This document shows, in pieces, positions 51,901-59,562 of a DNA stretch of 64,000 bases; within the stretch, counting starts at the first letter, position 1, and every line of letters begins with the position of its first letter. The stretch spans positions 27,720 to 91,719 of the forward strand of contig JAFGIX010000025.1 in NCBI GenBank assembly GCA_016929395.1. Reading direction: 5' to 3'. The position numbers and the translations under genes are program-made. The notes under the pieces were generated by a model. The model was not told where the DNA came from, searched no databases, and was given only the letters and a program-made list of their open reading frames with translations. Source of the DNA: Candidatus Zymogenus saltonus. GTDB lineage: Bacteria; Desulfobacterota; Zymogenia; Zymogenales; Zymogenaceae.

Positions 51901-52042
51901 AAAAAGGGAGCATACGGAGGTTTATGAGATAATCCGTCCCACATCTCTTTTCTACAAGTTTATAATGGACTATCACTTCCTGGAATGGTATGAGGGATCG
52001 AAGGTGAAGGATGAAGAGAGGAAGGGAATTGTGAGAATGTAA
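48977..52042 (+). CDS. Giant (1021 aa) uncharacterised protein with a central class-III nucleotidyl-cyclase-like palm motif
   Basis: GHLFVDLKGFTRRTRKSGSLVMAEFLKLEFFLPIIEAAKNYYLKVGKDPSLGLDLNNLLGDAVTFSG matches FxDxxGFT...GDAxxxxF of adenylyl/guanylyl cyclases. The flanking N- and C-regions are helical and coiled-coil rich. It starts 16 bp after the radical SAM gene. Confidence 0.6.
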   Translation: MGSYFREDLFDRRITLLDSILDYTQGIGIRNKDFWMLKKSDLRFCLGETEINIRIPFIFGGESEEIIEEALEELLSLIKGRIEPPIIYDSRGGMMISVLDEKVKLPPKGYRLGGDFTTKIEYNSALVTLISDSLMDAGIIVSWLSPKLSGRKLINELTRIYRKAIEEEIRFGGNEKTAFLTHLALSKFLTEKKEIIKKVSIKGISYEKLERSISIFFYALILSIIEDIFNKFRRKQLSYDLKRIEYLLMGSTTPFFALGIKNSLLNSEINPYNLSLKIISKLEGVYSRTAKRAISLFDLLSKMTEAVIRDKALSDDILGFYSTSKFRDDILDYLVLYDDQRDETNAFLSRLAYDEKTFRSLWEDQKTASRLMVGLYKINERHFTDKERTTKVKQMINHLKVYKKWGTLRMFSTGKEGTKFKISEVLKRYIAYRVDLGYDTYITTSKQAFENKKNKLKFNELVHSYDEGRLYRISADHKLTLIKKEGRKEGHLFVDLKGFTRRTRKSGSLVMAEFLKLEFFLPIIEAAKNYYLKVGKDPSLGLDLNNLLGDAVTFSGNILALFELAKEIRKIVSQYQKKLIQKYPEFDERIQREKLKSRYQADLKRLNENSKMIIGTIIELNEIMDAKRGMSPVEMMKAQLSHFNKSIEAYVDAIGEISTRIKDTDRVDIKERLAESEGVLRDKLSFINKGKKELKMEVEKQRLEKRSMEFYKEICQDEIVQIRRLNAMLSTVYKKKTELVQAYYEKLGEIVDLGMNTGLYISYGDVVESVDLKDNIWGDVKVNIADKINEAARGATRSQSIKKRVDRYVERCCFEMENPNLIYPFNVIVGTDYSLIKPIDEEPTFFEEEIDSILDYAERLFADECDGEKKVSGLEIWEKEKEQFNKEFISTSTDIYNLGEALSGDALREFIRESRGRLYFFEKRVLRGELNQEFWKLFAFEGTEIHLIFGVENKKDRDLVEIFRYAGNIDYTGTTKREHTEVYEIIRPTSLFYKFIMDYHFLEWYEGSKVKDEERKGIVRM

Positions 52043-52070
52043 TGGCAAATATTTTTTAGGTAAAAAAACG

Positions 52071-52823
52071 ATGAGAAAAAGAGAGATACTTTTTGATTTT
52101 GCGATTGTTTTGCTTTCAACGGCGGTGATTCTTTCTCTTATGGTTTCCAATGTTTCGGCATTTGAGACCGCCGGTGAGCTGAAGGCAAAGGGGGATGAGG
52201 CCTTTTTCAACGGCGACTTTAATGATGCGATTGACTATTACACAGAGGCCATTGAAGAGGACAATGGTTTTGCAGATGCCTATAACGCAAGGGCCTGGGC
52301 CTACAATGTCGTAGGGAGATATTACGATTCGATAGCGGATTGTGACAGGGCCTTAAGACTTGACCCGAGTCTTGTCTACGCCTATATAAACCGTTCCTGG
52401 GCAAAAAACGGCCTGGGTAAATTCAAGGAGGCAATTTCCGACTGCGACGAGGCAATAAGTCTAAGACCTCCCCTTTTTCTTGCAGACGCCTACGTAAACA
52501 GGGCGTGGGCAAAAAACGGCATAGGCTTATTTAAAGAAGCCCTTTTAGACTGCAACAGGGCGATAGAGATAGACCCAAACATCGCCTCCGCATTTACCAA
52601 CAGGGCATGGGCAATGAACGGACTCGGAAGGTTCGGCGAGGCGATATCGGATTGCAACAGGGCGATAGGGATTAAGCCGAATTACATCCTGTCATACTCC
52701 TATTTCAACAGGGGATGGGCTTATTACGAGCTTGGGAGGCACGAAGAGGCCAGAGAAGACTACAGGAGGGCGTGTGATCTTAAGAACGAGCTCGGCTGCA
52801 AATTATACGATAAGTTGAAATAG
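52071..52823 (+). CDS. Secreted TPR-repeat protein
   Basis: Signal peptide, then about six 34-aa TPRs each containing AISDC(D/N)(E/R)AI. Confidence 0.75.
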   Translation: MRKREILFDFAIVLLSTAVILSLMVSNVSAFETAGELKAKGDEAFFNGDFNDAIDYYTEAIEEDNGFADAYNARAWAYNVVGRYYDSIADCDRALRLDPSLVYAYINRSWAKNGLGKFKEAISDCDEAISLRPPLFLADAYVNRAWAKNGIGLFKEALLDCNRAIEIDPNIASAFTNRAWAMNGLGRFGEAISDCNRAIGIKPNYILSYSYFNRGWAYYELGRHEEAREDYRRACDLKNELGCKLYDKLK

Positions 52824-53120
52824 TAAGGAGAAACTGTATCCGAAGTGATTGGGAGGGGCAGTTGGGCAGGGGTGCCGGGGATTGGAAGTGTAGGAAGGCC
52901 GGGGCAAGGATGCGATGATGCGCAATTTCATACAAAGGGGATGGAAATAGAAATTATTCAGGATTTGCCCTCGTCATAACCCGGATTCTGGGGGGGGGTG
53001 ACTGTCGGACGGGATTGCTAATTTGAATAAGGGGAGGGGGGATAAAGATCGGCAGGAGTTGAAAAATATTAAGGGCAAAAAGGGGGGCCGCCTCTTGGAT
53101 TCCGAGAGAGGCTTATCAGC

Positions 53121-53340
53121 CGACGGAAGATAATAGGCGTTGGAAGGTTATGCGGCGGGAAGAGGTGATCAGGGGATGGGAATTGGGGGTGGGGGAGGGA
53201 AATTTATTGGGGGGGAATCTCTTTTTGTCATAAAAGGATTGGCTTAAATACTTAAAAAAGGCCTGTAAGTCGATAGAAGGAAATCGGTGGCGGCAGGTTA
53301 AGCGGCGGGAAGATGTGATTTAGGGAAGCGGGGGAGCAGA
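53121..53340. repeat. Two ~58-bp purine-rich direct repeats 150 bp apart
   Basis: CGACGGAAGATAATAGGCGTTGGAAGGTTATGCGGCGGGAAGAGGTGATCAGGGGA versus CGATAGAAGGAAATCGGTGGCGGCAGGTTAAGCGGCGGGAAGATGTGATTTAGGGAA. G-run-rich surroundings. Confidence 0.5.
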
Positions 53341-53346
53341 GCAAGT

Positions 53347-53676
53347 CTATTTTATCGTGATATAGATACGATTGGGGATACATACAATCGTATCTCCCTT
53401 CTTTGATATTCTGCCCATGTTGATGCACACCTTGTTTGGACACGGCGAATCCTTCATGTACACCTCACCATCTTCTATGACGACCGTGCTGACGCCAAGA
53501 ATGCCTGTCACCTCGATGACCCTGTCCTCGGAGATGGGGTAGGTGCCGAAAACCTCGTTTCCCTCCTCGATGACCACCGTCCGTCCAGCATTTGCAGATA
53601 TGGATTTGAAAAAGACAAAGGCCGTTGCTATCAGGACGACGCATATAACGATGAAAATTATGTCGCTTCTCTTCAT
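53347..53676 (-). CDS. NusG-domain-II (DUF1312) containing membrane-anchored protein
   Basis: N-terminal TM helix and CPNKVCINMGRISKKGDTIVCIPNRIYI, matching the CPDQVC...G.TIVCLP pattern of the NusG_II family. Confidence 0.55.
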   Translation of the reverse strand: MKRSDIIFIVICVVLIATAFVFFKSISANAGRTVVIEEGNEVFGTYPISEDRVIEVTGILGVSTVVIEDGEVYMKDSPCPNKVCINMGRISKKGDTIVCIPNRIYITIK

Positions 53677-54142
53677 ATCACTCCAAGATTGATGGGGCTG
53701 ATCCTATTTAGATGTTATGGATTAAAACAGCTTTTGAAATATAGGGGAACGGCCGTAAGGCCCGTTCCCCTATATTTTTTTTAGGCAATTCAGGTGCAGG
53801 AAAAACAGTTAATAAATTTAGCTCAAAAGCTATGTCTCTAAAACTGGTAGTGGAAATGCCGCTTGTTATTTAATCATCTCCCAATCACACAAACGGCATA
53901 ACGTCTAAAGGATTTTGGGCTCAATTCCCGACCTTCCCCCACCAGCCCCATTTATTTCACCAGCCCACTGTCGTCAATCAAGACTAACTTGCCCGACCTA
54001 CGCCCACTAGACATCTGCCGGTCAATATCGGTTCAGCCAACCCCCCTTATACCAGCCAAAGGCCCGTTGAACTATCCCGAGACCGTTGACTCATCGCCGT
54101 TTTCCCCCTGCACCTTTCCTTCCTGTTTTCTCGGTCCGCCCC

Positions 54143-54562
54143 TTAGTCTCTCTGGGTGTGACAATCGAGGCACTCCGTAGGAGGAGTCTTGCCCGCGGCC
54201 AGCTCTTTATTGTGGCAGACCACACAGGTTTGATGCATGGAGTCTTTATAGGTTAATTCGCCGCTGTCTGCGTTGTGGCAAGACTTACATTGTGCGGGCG
54301 TACCGGCGACGAACTCCTCGTCTTCGGTGTGGTGGCACGTGATGCACGATATATCCAGGTTGCTCTGGTGATACTGGTGTTTAAAATCAATGGGGAGGTA
54401 TCTGCTCGTTGCCTTTGTCGTGTCGTCGATTTTTTCTATCACTTCTCCGTAGTATGCGGTGAGGGCGTCGACAGCCGAAAACGCCAAAACGAAGACCGTA
54501 AATAGAGAAATTGCGGCAAAGATACTTAAAATAGTAAATCCTTTTCTATTCTTCTTTTTCAT
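54143..54562 (-). CDS. Tetraheme cytochrome c (c3-like) with an N-terminal signal/anchor
   Basis: Four CxxCH motifs (CITCH, CKSCH, CVVCH, CLDCH) within 70 aa. Confidence 0.75.
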   Translation of the reverse strand: MKKKNRKGFTILSIFAAISLFTVFVLAFSAVDALTAYYGEVIEKIDDTTKATSRYLPIDFKHQYHQSNLDISCITCHHTEDEEFVAGTPAQCKSCHNADSGELTYKDSMHQTCVVCHNKELAAGKTPPTECLDCHTQRD

Positions 54563-54571
54563 TTTTCACCT

Positions 54572-56209
54572 CTATTTATATTCAAGTCCCTCGATATCCA
54601 TGATCAAACGATTCGCCATCCATCCGTTAATCTGAGCGGAGCCGAAGCCGTGAAATCCGCTCGTCCAGTTGCTGGCGATGAATACGTTGTCGATCGGAGT
54701 CCTGATCGGTATCTTCTGCCACTGCTCTTTATCCATGTAGAAGCCGTATATGATACCTTCATGGTTCAGAGTGTACTCGTTTATCGTTACCGGAGTTATG
54801 ACCTCCATCTCCTCGATGTATCTCTTCTCCTTGATCTCGGGGATAGCGTTGGCCGCAAGGTTTATCAGCTCCCAGGCCTTTTCCTCTTTCATCTTCTGGT
54901 ATTCTTTTTTGTCCTTGGCCCAGATATTGTAATCGCTGAAGGCGTGGAGAACTAAAACCGATTTACCCTTTGGCGCGTATACCGGGTCGCCGTAGTTGGA
55001 GTAGATGGTTATCGACACCGCACCTTCCTTGAAGTTACCCTTCATCATGTTGTCATAGGCGGCGGCGCTGTCTAAAGACGTGTTATAGAATATCTCCGTG
55101 TCTTTATGGCCGAACTTTTTAAGGTCGATATTCAAGCCGAGATAGACGCCGAAGAGGGAGTTTGCTACCTTCATATTTTTAACTTTATCCACGTATTTCT
55201 TCGGCAGGTTTTCCTGGCCGATGAGCTTGTAGATAAGCTGATACGGGTCGGTGTTGGCGACTATGTAGCGTGCGGTGTAGACATCTCCATACTCGGTCTT
55301 GACGCCCCTGGCTAAGCCGTCTTCAATGATTATCTCGGTGACGAGGGTGCCGGTCTTCACGGTGCCTCCCAGCTCCTCGATCCTCTCGGCGTAGGCGTTG
55401 GACAGGTTCTGGCTGGTTCCCATTACATGTACGGGACCGTCTTTAAGATATGTATTGTTTGCCATCAATAACAGGACCGCTGTTTCATCCGGAACGGGAG
55501 CGCCGTAGTATACCCAGAACTGGGAGACAACGGCCTTCAGATCCTCGTTCGTGAAACACTCGTCCAAAATATCCTGCATTGTTTTGCCCTGCCACTTAAA
55601 GAAGGTCTTCTGCTTTAAGGGCACCTGCATCTTTGTGGTAAAGGCCTTGAAGCCGCTGTAGCGAAACAGATTGGATAGAGACATATACTCTTTCGAGAAT
55701 TCAACACAGAGCTTGTGAAACTTGTCGATCCCCTCCGATTCCTCCGGCCACTTCTCCTTCAGGGCGTTGTCCTATCCCTCCCAGGTGGAAGGGAGCGTAA
55801 CGTCCACGCCGCCGGGGTAGATCGATCGATAGAGCTCGGGCAACTGGTAGGTTTCGACCTTGTCGTAGACACCGCAGAGGGTCATGAGTCTTCTCAGGGC
55901 GCCGTCCTCGGTTCTGGGACCTCCCCCGGCCATCTCATGGAGTGATGTCTCGAAGACAAAGTCACCGCGAGTGAAGTTGGTGGCGCACCCCCCTACCTTG
56001 TGGTGCTGCTCTAAAAGTAAGACCTTGAGCCCGTTCGAGGCAAGATGGGCGCCCGCAGAGAGACCGCCCATTCCACCGCCGATTATAATTACGTCGTAAT
56101 CGGCCTCGAAATCGGGAGCCTTTGTCTTTCCACAGCCCGTTATCAAGGATAGAGACGCCGAGACGGCAATTGTTAGAATAATAAACAGCCATCGATTCTT
56201 TTTAATCAT
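54572..56209 (-). pseudogene. CrtI-like FAD-dependent oxidoreductase (lipoprotein-type signal) interrupted by an in-frame TAG (55770-55772) at a Trp conserved in its tandem paralog
   Basis: ORFs 55772..56209 and 54572..55684 are in the same frame. The sequence reads ...VTLPSTWEG-TAG-DNALKEKWPEESEGIDKFHKL..., aligning with TWEEWDNTLKERWPEE of the downstream paralog. It has a DYDVIIIGGGMGGLSAG FAD motif. Confidence 0.65.
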
Positions 56210-56234
56210 TTTAAACCCCTTTTATATTTTGCTA

Positions 56235-57845
56235 TTATTCAATTCCTTCCATATCCAGTATAAGTCTCGATCCCATGTAACCGTTTATCTGGGCGGGGCC
56301 AACACCGTGCCAGGCCTTAGTCCAGCTTCCAGCTATGAAAAGGTTATCTATGGGTGTATTGTTCGGTATCTTCTCCCACTGCTCGGTATCCAGGTAAAAG
56401 CCGTAGGGTATGCCGTGATAGTTCTTGGTGAACTCCTCGATCGTTACAGGAGTCATTATCTCCATGACCTCTATGTTTTTTTTGTCCTTCAGCTCGGGGA
56501 TTACGTTGGCCGCAAGGTTTATCAGCTCCCATGCCTTCTCCTCTTTCATTTTCTGATACTCTTTCCTGTCCTTGGGCCAGATGTCGTAATCGGAGTACTC
56601 GAGGAGCGCGACCACCGACTTGCCCTTAGGGGCGTAGATTGGGTCGCCGTAGTTGGAGTAGATGGTAATTGATGCCATCCCCTCGGCGAAATTTCCCTCC
56701 ATCATATTTTTATATACGAGCGTCGTATCCGTGCTTGTGTTGTAGAATATCTCGGTGTCCGTGTAGCCGAGCTTCTTGAGGTCGATGTTCAACCCAAGGT
56801 ACGTCACAAAGAGGGAGTTTGCCGGCTTGAGGGATTTTATCCTTTCCACGTACTTCTTCGGGAAGTTCTCCTCGCCAGCGAGTTTAAAGACAAGCTGGTA
56901 CGGGTCGGTGTTGGCCAGGACGTATCTGGAGGTGTAGACATCGCCGTATTCAGTTTTGACGCCCCTGGCTAAGCCGTCCTCGATGATGATCTCGGTCACA
57001 AGGGTTCCGGTCTTGACGACGCCCTTGTTTTCTTCTATAAGCTCTTTATATGCATTGGCCAGCGCCTGAGATGTGCCCTTGATGTGCCAGACGCTGTCGC
57101 TTAAGAATGCGTCGGTTGCGGCCAGGGTCAGAAGTGCGAGTTGATCGTTAGCGGGTGCTCCATAGTAAACCCAGAGCTGGGAGACGACGGCCTTGAGCCC
57201 CTCATCGGTAAAGCACTCGTCCATAAGCTCGGTCAAGGTCTTCTTGCTCCACGTCATCAGCGACTTGTGTTTCAGGGGCACGGACATCTTCGTCTTAAAG
57301 GCCTTGAAGCCTGTGTAGCGATAGAGGTCTTTTATGGCCAGAATGTCGCTGTAGGTGGTGGATGAAAGCTCGTGGAATTTTTCTATCCCCGCGGCCTCCT
57401 CCGGCCACCTCTCTTTCAGAGTGTTGTCCCATTCCTCCCATGTTGTGGGCATTATAATGTCGACGTCCACGGTAGGATAGATGGAGCGGTAAAAATCGGG
57501 GAGCTCGTAAATATCCACCTTGTCATATACACCGCAAAGTTTCATTACCGTGCCCAAATCCCCCCTGTTCATCTCGTGAAGGGCGACCTCGAACGTGAAA
57601 TCGCCTCTGGTGAAATTGGTCGTACAGCCCCCCACCTTGTGGTGCTGTTCCAGCAGGAGCACCTTTAGGCCGGCGTTGGAAAGGTGGGCGCCAGCAGACA
57701 GTCCCGCCATTCCTCCGCCTACGATGATTACGTCGTAATCCGCCTCGAATGCAGGGGGCTTCTTCTTGGCGCATCCAAAATTGAATATAAGCGCCGTTGA
57801 CAAAGATATCGCAAAAAGAAGTAGAAAAAGATATTTCTTTCTCAT
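56235..57845 (-). CDS. CrtI/phytoene-desaturase-family FAD-dependent oxidoreductase with a lipoprotein-type signal peptide (intact paralog)
   Basis: MRKKYLFLLLFAISLSTALIFNFGC lipobox-like N-terminus, then DYDVIIVGGGMAGLSAGAHL. Length 536 aa. About 65-70% identical to the upstream interrupted copy. Confidence 0.8.
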   Translation of the reverse strand: MRKKYLFLLLFAISLSTALIFNFGCAKKKPPAFEADYDVIIVGGGMAGLSAGAHLSNAGLKVLLLEQHHKVGGCTTNFTRGDFTFEVALHEMNRGDLGTVMKLCGVYDKVDIYELPDFYRSIYPTVDVDIIMPTTWEEWDNTLKERWPEEAAGIEKFHELSSTTYSDILAIKDLYRYTGFKAFKTKMSVPLKHKSLMTWSKKTLTELMDECFTDEGLKAVVSQLWVYYGAPANDQLALLTLAATDAFLSDSVWHIKGTSQALANAYKELIEENKGVVKTGTLVTEIIIEDGLARGVKTEYGDVYTSRYVLANTDPYQLVFKLAGEENFPKKYVERIKSLKPANSLFVTYLGLNIDLKKLGYTDTEIFYNTSTDTTLVYKNMMEGNFAEGMASITIYSNYGDPIYAPKGKSVVALLEYSDYDIWPKDRKEYQKMKEEKAWELINLAANVIPELKDKKNIEVMEIMTPVTIEEFTKNYHGIPYGFYLDTEQWEKIPNNTPIDNLFIAGSWTKAWHGVGPAQINGYMGSRLILDMEGIE

Positions 57846-57893
57846 AAAATCAACTCCTTCAGATACATTGACTCGTCGTATATAAATAACATC

Positions 57894-58577
57894 TCATTTG
57901 GTTTTTTCCAGCATCTTCTTGACCCTGGACTGAAAAAGCCTCCTCAGGATATAGCTTCTCAACTCGTCTGCCATCTCCGACATCCTGGCCGTAATCCTGA
58001 TGTTTTCATCCCTTGATTTTCCCGAGACGACCCTCTTCCTCAGCTTTATCTCTTCCTCGACGATCTTTTCACCGTGATCGATGTAGAACCTCACGTCGTT
58101 GATATCCATCTTGAGCTCCTTGAAGCCCCACACTATATGTCTCGCGAAATTGAGGTCCTCGTGATTGTATGGTTTTTTGCCGCCCTTGTTGTATGGAATT
58201 AGGATGTTCATGGCCTCGGCCCTTTTCAGGAGCTCTTTATCCATCCCCGAAGCCTTGATAAACTCATCCCTGTCCATCAGCTCGGGCTCACCATGGGCCT
58301 TTGGGCTGAAGATCGCGTCCCTCAAGGATATGAGACCGTTCAGGTTCGCCCCGTTGTCGATGCTCTTGATTATACTCCTTATTACGGAGAGAGGGTAATA
58401 CTTTTTCTCCTTGAGCTCTATTACAAGGGCAATACGATCGATGCAGGATTCGTCGTAATAGGACATCGATTTATTGACCTTTTCAGGCTTGGGCAAAAGC
58501 CCCTCCTTGACGTAGTACCTGATAGTGGATTGGGGGACTCCGGTTATCTTTTCCAACTCGCTGATTTTTAAAGACAT
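57894..58577 (-). CDS. MerR-family transcriptional regulator
   Basis: LKISELEKITGVPQSTIRYYVKEGLL HTH, then a coiled-coil-like effector region. Confidence 0.75.
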   Translation of the reverse strand: MSLKISELEKITGVPQSTIRYYVKEGLLPKPEKVNKSMSYYDESCIDRIALVIELKEKKYYPLSVIRSIIKSIDNGANLNGLISLRDAIFSPKAHGEPELMDRDEFIKASGMDKELLKRAEAMNILIPYNKGGKKPYNHEDLNFARHIVWGFKELKMDINDVRFYIDHGEKIVEEEIKLRKRVVSGKSRDENIRITARMSEMADELRSYILRRLFQSRVKKMLEKTK

Positions 58578-58791
58578 ATATAATATGTTGGAATCTTTAG
58601 TTGTTTTTAAGAATTCTAATCTGAAGTTTGAAGTTAAGCTTGAGGCAATAGTATAAAAATGTCTCCATTATGTCAAGCCATTTTTGTTTTAAAAGTATAA
58701 AAGAAAAAGGTTGAAAATAGGTTGAATATATCAAGTAAAAGTGTTAACAAAGAGGGGGTGAATAATAAACGGTATTTATAAGGGGCAAAAA

Positions 58792-59556
58792 ATGTATCTC
58801 GAAAAATTCAGGCTCGACGGAAAGACGGCCATTGTAACTGGCGGGAGCAGGGGGATAGGAAGGGAGATAGCCCTGGCGTTGTCGGAAGCCGGGGCAAACG
58901 TTACGGTCGCAAGCAGGAAACTCGAAGCCTTAAAGGAGGTCGTGGCGGAGATCGAGGCAGACGGGGGAAAGGGGCACGCCGTTTCCGCCCACGCCGGGAA
59001 TCTTGAGGCCCTTGAGAGCATAGTAAACGAGACCGTAGAAAAATTCGGCTCGGTGGATATTCTTGTCAACAACGCCGCCATAAATCCGAAGTTCGGGCCC
59101 GTGGAGGATATGGACGAGGCGCTCTTCAACAAGATGATCGATGTAAACCTTAAGGCATATCTGTTTTTGAGCAAAATGGTCCTCGGCCCGATGGAGAAGG
59201 CGGGTGGAGGATCTATAATCAATATTTCGTCGATAGAGGCCTTTTCACCTTCCTTCGGCACAGGCGTTTACAACATCACAAAGGCGTCTGTGGTGATGCT
59301 GACAAAGGTTTTGGCAAAGGAGTGGGCCTCGAAAAATATCCGCGTAAACACCATAGCCCCAGGATTGATAAAGACCCATTTCTCCGAGATGCTTTGGAGC
59401 GCCGATGAGATACTAAAGATATATCTGAACCACTGCCCGATGGGAAGGATAGGCGAGGCTTACGAGGTGGCCGGGCTCGCCCTCTTTCTCGCATCGAACG
59501 CGTCGAGCTACACGACGGGCACGATATTGACCGCGGACGGCGGTTACCTGCTTTAG
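58792..59556 (+). CDS. SDR-family short-chain dehydrogenase/reductase
   Basis: TAIVTGGSRGIGREIA, NNAA and YNITKASV (YxxxK) motifs. Confidence 0.85.
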   Translation: MYLEKFRLDGKTAIVTGGSRGIGREIALALSEAGANVTVASRKLEALKEVVAEIEADGGKGHAVSAHAGNLEALESIVNETVEKFGSVDILVNNAAINPKFGPVEDMDEALFNKMIDVNLKAYLFLSKMVLGPMEKAGGGSIINISSIEAFSPSFGTGVYNITKASVVMLTKVLAKEWASKNIRVNTIAPGLIKTHFSEMLWSADEILKIYLNHCPMGRIGEAYEVAGLALFLASNASSYTTGTILTADGGYLL

Positions 59557-59562
59557 ACGATT

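Noticed and set aside
48977-52042. GGDEF diguanylate cyclase assignment for the giant protein
   Set aside because: There is no GG(D/E)EF signature. The FxDxxGFT plus GDAxxxxF pair is the class-III adenylyl/guanylyl cyclase pattern, not GGDEF, although both are palm-domain folds.
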